A stretch of DNA of 64,000 bases from an uncultured Actinomycetes bacterium. Its GTDB lineage: Bacteria; Actinomycetota; Thermoleophilia; Gaiellales; Gaiellaceae. Numbering within the stretch: the first letter of the stretch is position 1; each line of letters begins with the position of its first letter. Both the position numbers and the translations under genes were made by a program. Positions 57,887 through 64,000 of the stretch are shown piece by piece. The stretch is from contig CAWKEV010000010.1 of assembly GCA_963848725.1 (NCBI GenBank), positions 550-64,549 of the forward strand. Reading direction: 5' to 3'. The notes under the pieces were generated by a model that worked only from the letters and a program-made list of their open reading frames with translations, was not told the DNA's origin and searched no databases.

Positions 57887-58605
57887 TAGGACGAGGCCTT
57901 CGAGAGCGCGGTGAGCTCGTTCCGGACCTCCCACAGCTCCGGGAACGAGACCTTCGTGACGAGGCGACCGAGGAGCTCGACCGGCGTTCCCTGCGTTCCG
58001 ACGACCTTGTCGCCGATCACGCGGGCGACGACCTGGTAGTGGCGCATCCGCCAGAGCTGGGCCTGCTCGTCGAGCTCGAGCAGCGCCTCGGCGAGCTGAT
58101 ACAGCTCCTCGTGGACGCGGCCCTGGACGTAGACGTCGGCGATGCTCAGCCCGGCCGCGCGGCGGGTGGCGTGGAATGCCTGCCCGAGCCTCGGGAGTAT
58201 GCGACGGAGCTCGGTCCAGCCCGGGGAGTCGAACCCGGAGCCGTGCCCGAGCACCTGGCGGATCTCCTGATACTCCCACGGGGACATGTGCTCGAGCATC
58301 TCGAGCTGCGGGATCAGAAAGCGCACACAGAGGGACGAGCGCCGTAGCAGGCGCAGCGCCCTTCGGAGGTCTCCCTCCTCGATCAGCCGGGCGGCTTCGT
58401 CCGCGTCCGCGGCCGCCAGCTTGAGCCAGAGCTCCGACGTCTGATGCGTGACCTGAAAGAGGAGCTCGTCGCGATGGACCCACTCGTCAGGCCCTTTCTG
58501 GAGCGAGAGGAGGTCGTCGGTCCTGAGGTAGCGCTCGTAGTCGGAACGCGCCTCGCCGTCGAGGATCGGCTGCGAGTAGTCCTCCGCTTCAGCCCCGTCG
58601 GACAT
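57886..58605 (-). CDS. kynA: Tryptophan 2,3-dioxygenase (short bacterial form)
   Basis: YERYLRTDDLLSLQ, distal-His region ELLFQVTHQTSELWLKL, and proximal-His region WRMRHYQVVARVIG...GTQGT. Confidence 0.85.
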   Translation of the reverse strand: MSDGAEAEDYSQPILDGEARSDYERYLRTDDLLSLQKGPDEWVHRDELLFQVTHQTSELWLKLAAADADEAARLIEEGDLRRALRLLRRSSLCVRFLIPQLEMLEHMSPWEYQEIRQVLGHGSGFDSPGWTELRRILPRLGQAFHATRRAAGLSIADVYVQGRVHEELYQLAEALLELDEQAQLWRMRHYQVVARVIGDKVVGTQGTPVELLGRLVTKVSFPELWEVRNELTALSKASS

Positions 58606-58625
58606 GCCCGGAGCATACTTCGCGC

Positions 58626-59903
58626 GTGGGGGACCTCTTCACCCAGGCCGCGCGGGATCGCCAGGCAGAATCGGCGCCGCTGGCTGTGCGCCTGCGGCCA
58701 CACTCCCTCGACGAGCTCGTCGGCCAGCGGCACGTGCTCGGCGAAGGATCGGCTCTCCGGCTCGCGATCGAGGAAGACCGCGTTCCCTCGATGATCCTCT
58801 TCGGCCCGCCGGGCAGCGGGAAGACGACGACCGCCCGGATCGTCGCCGAGCGGACCGGTGCCGGGTTCGACGAGCTCTCGGCGGTGTCGGCGCGCGTGGA
58901 CGACGTGCGCGCGGTGATCCGGAACGCCGAGGAGCGGCTCGGCGCGAACGGCCTGCGCACGATCCTCTTCATCGACGAGATCCACCGCTTCAACAAGACT
59001 GCAGCAGGACTCGGTCCTGCACGCCGTCGAGGACGGGCTCGTGACGCTCATCGGCGCGACGACCGAGAACCCGTACTTCGAGGTCAACGCGGCGCTCCTC
59101 TCCCGCTGCACGGTGATCGAGCTGCTCGCGCTCTCGGACGAGGAGCTCGGAGTCGTCGTGCGCCGTGGTGCAGCGGAGCTCGGGTCGATGCAACCGACGC
59201 GGTCGTCGACACGATCGCGAAGCGCGCGGGCGGCGATGCGCGGGCCGCGCTCCAGATCCTCGAGCTCGCCCACGACACCGCACGCGCCGAGGGGGCGCCC
59301 CTCACGGAGAGCCACGTCGCCGACGCCGCCCGCAAGCGTCCGCTCCTATACGACCGCAAGGGCGACCAGCACTACGACTTCGCCTCGGCGTTCATCAAGT
59401 CGCTGCGCGGCGGCGATCCGGACGCGGCCGTCTACTACCTCGCGGCGATGCTCGAGGCGGGCGAGGACCCGCGCTTCATCGCCAGACGCATGGTCATCCT
59501 CTCCTCCGAAGACGTCGGAAACGCGGACCCGCGGGCGCTCTCCGTCGCGGTGGCCGCAGCGCACGCGCTCGAGCTCGTCGGTCTCCCGGAGGCACAGCTC
59601 AACCTCTCGCAGGCGGCGATCTACCTCGCTCGCGCGCCGAAGTCGAACGCGTCGGCGACGGCGATCTGGGAGGCGCGAAACGACGTGCGGGAGCTCGGCA
59701 ACGCGCGGCCGCCGGCGATGCTTCGCTCCACCGGGCACTCGCGTGCGGCGAAGGCTCGTGGCCACGGCGAGGGCTACGTCTATCCGCACGACGACCCCGC
59801 CGGATTCGAGCTCGAGTATCTCCCGGAGGAGCTTCGCGGGCGCCGGTACTATCGCCCCGCCGGTACGGGTGAGGAGGCGGTCGATGGCGGTGACGACAGG
59901 TGA
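58626..59903 (+). pseudogene. rarA: Replication-associated recombination protein RarA (MgsA/WRNIP1 AAA+), with an out-of-frame internal segment (~58998 to ~59185)
   Basis: GPPGSGKTTTARIVA and [11 protein letters not shown] are in frame 1. The expected [41 protein letters not shown]...[11 protein letters not shown] is in another frame (ORF 59041..). Frame 1 resumes with [23 protein letters not shown]...[22 protein letters not shown]. Confidence 0.85.
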
Positions 59904-60351
59904 GAAGGCCCCTGCGTTCGACCTCGCGGTGACGTACCAGGAGCGCGTGCGGCTCTCCGACTTCCTCGGCCGCCGCAACCTCCTCCTCGTGTTCCACCCG
60001 TTCGCCTTCACCTCAGTGTGCGAGGAGGAGGCGCTCGACCTCCAGGAGAACCTCGATTCCTTCGCGAACGCGGAGACAGACGTCGTGCTCGTGTCCTGCG
60101 ACCCGTGGCCGGCGCGCCAGGCCTGGAAGAAGCAGCTCGAGGCGACGTACGCCTTCGCCTCCGACTTCTGGCCCCACGGCGAGGCCTCGAAGGCGTACGG
60201 CGTGTTCGACGAGGAGCTCGGCGCGCCCTATCGGGGAACGTTCCTGATCGACAAGGAGGGAGTCGTCATCTGGTCGCTCGTCAAGCTCTCTGGCGAGCGG
60301 CGCACGGAGATGGTCCCCGAGTCGCTCGGGACGCTCCACGAGCACGAGTGA
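59884..60351 (+). CDS. Peroxiredoxin (AhpE/Bcp-like, AhpC/TSA family)
   Basis: GEKAPAFDL...[17 protein letters not shown] (peroxidatic Cys context) ...[12 protein letters not shown]. Confidence 0.88.
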   Translation: MAVTTGEKAPAFDLAVTYQERVRLSDFLGRRNLLLVFHPFAFTSVCEEEALDLQENLDSFANAETDVVLVSCDPWPARQAWKKQLEATYAFASDFWPHGEASKAYGVFDEELGAPYRGTFLIDKEGVVIWSLVKLSGERRTEMVPESLGTLHEHE

Positions 60352-61121
60352 GGCTCGCGCTCCACGCCTGGGGCGAGGAGGGCGCTCCTCGTGTGGTCTG
60401 CCTGCACGGCGTCACGAGCCACGGGCGTCATTTCCAGAACCTCGCCGCAGCGCTGCCCGGGCATCACGTCCTCGCGCCCGATCTGCTCGGCCACGGCTCG
60501 TCTCCGTACGAGCCGCCGTGGGATGTCGACGCGCACATCGACGCCATCGTCGAGTCGGTGGGCGCAGGGCCTGCACCGCTCGTCGGGCACTCGTTCGGCG
60601 GCCGTCTCGCCTTCGAGATCGCGGCGCGGGCGCCGAAGCTCGTGCCGCGCCTCGTCCTCCTCGACCCGGCGATCCTCCTACCGCCGCACGTCGCGCTCCT
60701 GGCCGCCGAGAACGCGCGGAACGAGCGCGCCTACGTCTCCTTCGACGAGGCGATCACGCGACGCTACGACGAGAGCCAGCTCCACTCGGCGCCGCGCGCG
60801 CTGCTCGTGGACGAGCTCCGGAATCATCTCGTGCCGAGCGACGACGGCCTCTATCGCTACCGCTACTGCCAGTCCGCGGTCGTTGCCGCGTACGGGGAGA
60901 TGTCGTCGCAGCCGCCCCCGTTCGGCGACGTGCGGATTCCGACCCTGCTCGTGCTCGGAGAGCGGTCGTACCTCCCGTACGACCATCTCCTCGACGCGCA
61001 TCGCGAGGCACTCGGCGACCTTCTCGAGGTCGCGATCGTGCCGGGCGGACACACGGTTCTGTGGGACGCTCTCGAGGAGACGTCCGCGCTCGTCGGCGCG
61101 TTTCTCGCGCGCGCTTCCTAG
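60348..61121 (+). CDS. Alpha/beta-fold hydrolase
   Basis: [14 protein letters not shown], nucleophile elbow GHSFGG, and a C-terminal GGH. GTGA overlap with the peroxiredoxin stop. Confidence 0.85.
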   Translation: MRLALHAWGEEGAPRVVCLHGVTSHGRHFQNLAAALPGHHVLAPDLLGHGSSPYEPPWDVDAHIDAIVESVGAGPAPLVGHSFGGRLAFEIAARAPKLVPRLVLLDPAILLPPHVALLAAENARNERAYVSFDEAITRRYDESQLHSAPRALLVDELRNHLVPSDDGLYRYRYCQSAVVAAYGEMSSQPPPFGDVRIPTLLVLGERSYLPYDHLLDAHREALGDLLEVAIVPGGHTVLWDALEETSALVGAFLARAS

Positions 61122-62471
61122 GTCGTCGCGTACTCGTCGGCGATCGCGAGTGCCTCGTCGAGCACCGCGATCCCCTCGTCGACCTCGTCGCGCGTGATCG
61201 TGAGCGGCGGGACGACCATGACGACGTTCCAGTGCGTCATCAGGTAGAGGCCGCGCTCGAGCGCAGCCTTCGCCAACCGGGCGACGGGCGCCGCCGCTTC
61301 CCCCGACGCGTTGTACGGGACGAGCATCTCTCGGGTCTCGCGGCTCTTGACGAGCTCGATCCCCCAGAAGCAGCCGAGACCGCGGACCTCGCCGATCGCC
61401 GGATGGTGCGTCTCGAGCTCACGGAGGCGCTCCCCGATGTACCCGCCGACCTCGGCGGCGTTCTCGACGACGTCCTCCTCGCGGAACGCCTCGATCGAGG
61501 CGACCGCGGATGCGCACGCCAGCGGATGCCCGGCGTAAGTAAGCCCGCCGGGGAAGAACCGGCTCCGCACCCAGTCCGCGAGCTGCTTTCGGATGATCAT
61601 TGCGCCGAGTGGGACGTACCCCGAGTTGATGCCCTTCGCGACCGTGAGGATGTCCGGGACGACGTCCCAGTTCTCGCAGGCGAACCAACGGCCGGTGCGG
61701 CCGAATCCGGCCATGACCTCGTCGCAGATGAGAAGGATCCCGTGGCGGTCGCAGACCTCGCGGATCGCCTGGAGATACCCGTCCGGCGGCGGGATGACGC
61801 CGTTCGTCCCCGTGACCGTTTCGAGGATGACCGCCGCGACCGTGTGCGGCCCCTCGTACTCGAGGATCTCCTCGAGGTGCGGCGCACCAGTGCAGACCGG
61901 GCACGGATCGGGATGGCCGGCCGGGCAACGATACGTGAACGGGTCGAGCATGCGCACGACCCCGGGCATCCCCGGCTCCACGGGCCAACGGCGGGGGTCG
62001 CCGGTGAGCGTGATCGCACCGTGGGTCGCGCCGTGGTACGAGCGGTAGCGCGCGACGATCTTGTGCCGACCGGTGTACAGCCGCGCGAGCTTGATCGCGT
62101 TCTCGTTCGCCTCCGCGCCCGCGTTCGTGAAGAACGACATCGTGAGGTCGCCCGGCGTCACCTCGGCGAGCAGGCGGCCGAGCTGCGACCGCGATTCGTT
62201 CGCCATCGGCGGCCCGATCGTGCAGAGCTTGTCCGCCTGCTCCTTGATCGCGGCGACGATCTTCGGGTGCTGGTGCCCGATGTTGACGTTGACGAGCTGG
62301 AGGCAAGTCGAGGTAGCGCTTGCCGTCGTAGTCCCAGAAGTAGCGCCCCTCGGCGCCGGCGACGGCGATCGGGTTGATCGCATCCTGCGTCGACCACGAG
62401 TAGAGGACATACTCCTTCGCGTCCTCGACGATCTGCGCTCCGAGGTTGGGGTCCGTCTCGACCACTGCCAT
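61118..62471 (-). pseudogene. Class III (omega) aminotransferase, PLP-dependent, frame broken near 62298-62310
   Basis: N-terminus MAVVETDPNLGAQIVEDAKEYVLYSWSTQDAINPIAVAGAEGRYFWDYDGKRYLDL is in one frame. The rest, QLVNVNIGHQHPKIV...FTNAGAEANE...ICDEVMAGFGRTG...LTVAKGINSGYVPLG, is in ORF 61118..62410. Confidence 0.82.
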
Positions 62472-62551
62472 CTCGTGCCTCCTCTCGTCGCTTCGACGCG
62501 ATCCTAGCCGCGCTAGTTGCACGAGCCTCCTGGCGGCGTCACCATCCCCGG

Positions 62552-64000
62552 ATGGCAACTGTGCTGACGCCCGCGAGAGGCTTGCGTCTACTCGAGCGAG
62601 CGGAGGAGCTGACAGCGCTCCTCGAGGCGCACTCGGAGACAAGAGTGGGCCACGGGGAGGCTCGTGATCGTCGCCGGCGAGGCAGGCATCGGCAAGACGG
62701 CGCTGGTGCGGGCGTTCTGCGAGTCGATCCGCTCCTCCGACCGAATCCTCGAAGGTGCCTGCGATCCGCTCTTCACGCCACGCCCGCTCGGGCCGTTCGC
62801 AGACGTCGCCCGGCGAAGCCGAGGCGAGCTGGCCGAGCTCGTGGAGGTGGAGCGGATCCGAGTGAAGTCTTCGCGGCGGTTCGCGACGAGCTCGAGCGGC
62901 AGCCGGCAGTCCTCGTCCTCGAGGACATGCACTGGGTGGACGAAGCGACGCTGGACGTGATTCGCATCCTCGGCCGCCGGATCGACGACTTGCCCGCGCT
63001 CGTGATCCTGACCTACCGCGACGACGAGGTCGATCGCGACCACCCGCTGCGCGTCGTACTCGGTGAGCTCGCGACGAGCCGCGGCATCTCGCGGGTGCAG
63101 CTCGAGCCGCTGTCACCGGAAGCGGTCGCCGAGCTGGCGCGCGGATCCGAGGTCGACCGCGACGAGCTCTACCAGCGCACGGGCGGCAATCCCTTCTACG
63201 TCACAGAGGTCCTCGCCGCCGGAGGCGAGGCGGTGCCAGCCACCGTGCGCGATGCGGTGTTCGCGCGCGTCGCCCGGCTCACGCCGGACGCGGTCTCGAT
63301 CGTCGAGGCGGTCTCCATCACTCCGCCGCTCGCGGAGCCGTGGCTCCTGGAGGCGATCTGCCCCGACTGCTTCGGCGCGCTCGACGAATGCCTCGCAGCG
63401 GGCGTCCTCGTCGCTCGCGACACGGGCACGGCCTTCCGGCACGAGCTCGCTCGACTCGCCGTGGAGAGATCGCTGACGCCGAATCGACGCGTCTCCATGC
63501 ATCGGAAGGTTCTCGCCACCCTCGTCGCACACGCCGCCGCCGACCCGACGCGGCTCGCCCATCACGCCGAAGGCGCAGACGATGCGGTGGCCGTGCTCGA
63601 GCATGCGCCTTCCGCGGCGCGGCAGGCGGCTCACGCCGGCGCCTATCGCGAGGCTGCGGCTCAGTACGCACGCGCGCTCTCGTCTGGCGCAGATCTTTCG
63701 GCCGGGGACCGCGCCGAGCTCCTCGAGGGACGGTCGCGGGCGCTGTACCTGGCGGACGACCAGACCGAGGCGATCGAGATCGTCCGCGAGGCGATCGTGT
63801 GCAGGCAGAGGCAGGGCGCGCCGCTCGAAGAGGCGCGGGCGCTGACGAGCTCGCCGACTACCTCTGGTGTCGAGGCTTCAACGGCGAGGCGGACGAGGCG
63901 GTCGCCCGTGCATCGGAGCTGGCGGCGGCGCGGAGTGAGCGCCGCGAGCACGCGTACGTGTTCCATGCTCAGGCCGTCGAGGCCCTCTATCGCGGCGACC
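62552..64000 (+). pseudogene. LuxR/LAL-type large ATP-binding regulator (AAA/NB-ARC-like N-terminus), 3' end outside the window, at least three frame disruptions
   Basis: P-loop VIVAGEAGIGKTALV is in frame 0 (ORF 62664..). The flanking parts MATVLTPARGLRLLEREEELTALL... and ...VFAAVRDELERQPAVLVLEDMHWVDEATLDV...TGGNPFYVTEVL... are in frame 2. A further shift occurs near 63838-63848 (DELADYLWCRGFNGEADEAV...). Confidence 0.7.

Overview
High-G+C window with an actinobacterial look (Thermoleophilia or Rubrobacteria-like by eye), densely coding, mostly core metabolism. No integrase, transposase, CRISPR or recognisable defence genes were seen. Content in order:
- A truncated metallopeptidase fragment, tRNA-Arg, a YgfZ-like folate-binding protein and a small molybdoenzyme.
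- A divergent soxR / Rieske-protein pair that shares a clear SoxR operator.
- A 526-bp convergent intergenic region holding a 3 x 88-89 bp tandem repeat.
- A three-gene split-beta cobalt-type nitrile-hydratase-like cluster.
- groES-groEL with a CIRCE operator.
- Nudix, ASCH and ABC-2 transporter genes.
- An E1alpha-E1beta-E2 2-oxoacid dehydrogenase cluster flanked by lipB and lipA.
- A lower-G+C secreted S53 peptidase, then fumC, an FprA-like reductase and erpA.
- A complete 14-gene nuoA-N operon.
- Assorted hydrolases, an Mrp/ApbC Fe-S carrier, IMPase and DUF1015.
- An mce-sORF-ychF unit, a short FtsH paralogue and a nicotinamidase-like / NAPRT pair.
- A long co-directional minus-strand array: kynA-M20-zwf-rpe-pabB-pabC-DUF1385-pncB.
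- rarA, a peroxiredoxin, an alpha/beta hydrolase, a class III aminotransferase and a truncated LuxR/LAL-type regulator.

Most interesting observations:
1. The SoxR box drives a Rieske protein whose C-terminal domain is unassigned.
2. Two unusual spacers inside the nuo operon are each exactly bridged by a short ORF whose start and stop touch the flanking nuo codons. One of them is combined with a hairpin that sequesters the nuoI start codon.
3. The split-beta nitrile hydratase has a His/Asp-rich alpha N-terminus and no activator gene nearby.
4. A hairpin-rich minisatellite lies between the Rieske gene and the nitrile hydratase cluster.
5. Frameshift disruptions are unusually dense: about 11 in 8 genes, including nuoC and two compensating pairs. 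This most likely indicates sequence-quality problems rather than biology.

All calls come from reading the translated ORFs and the DNA by eye. No database search was run.
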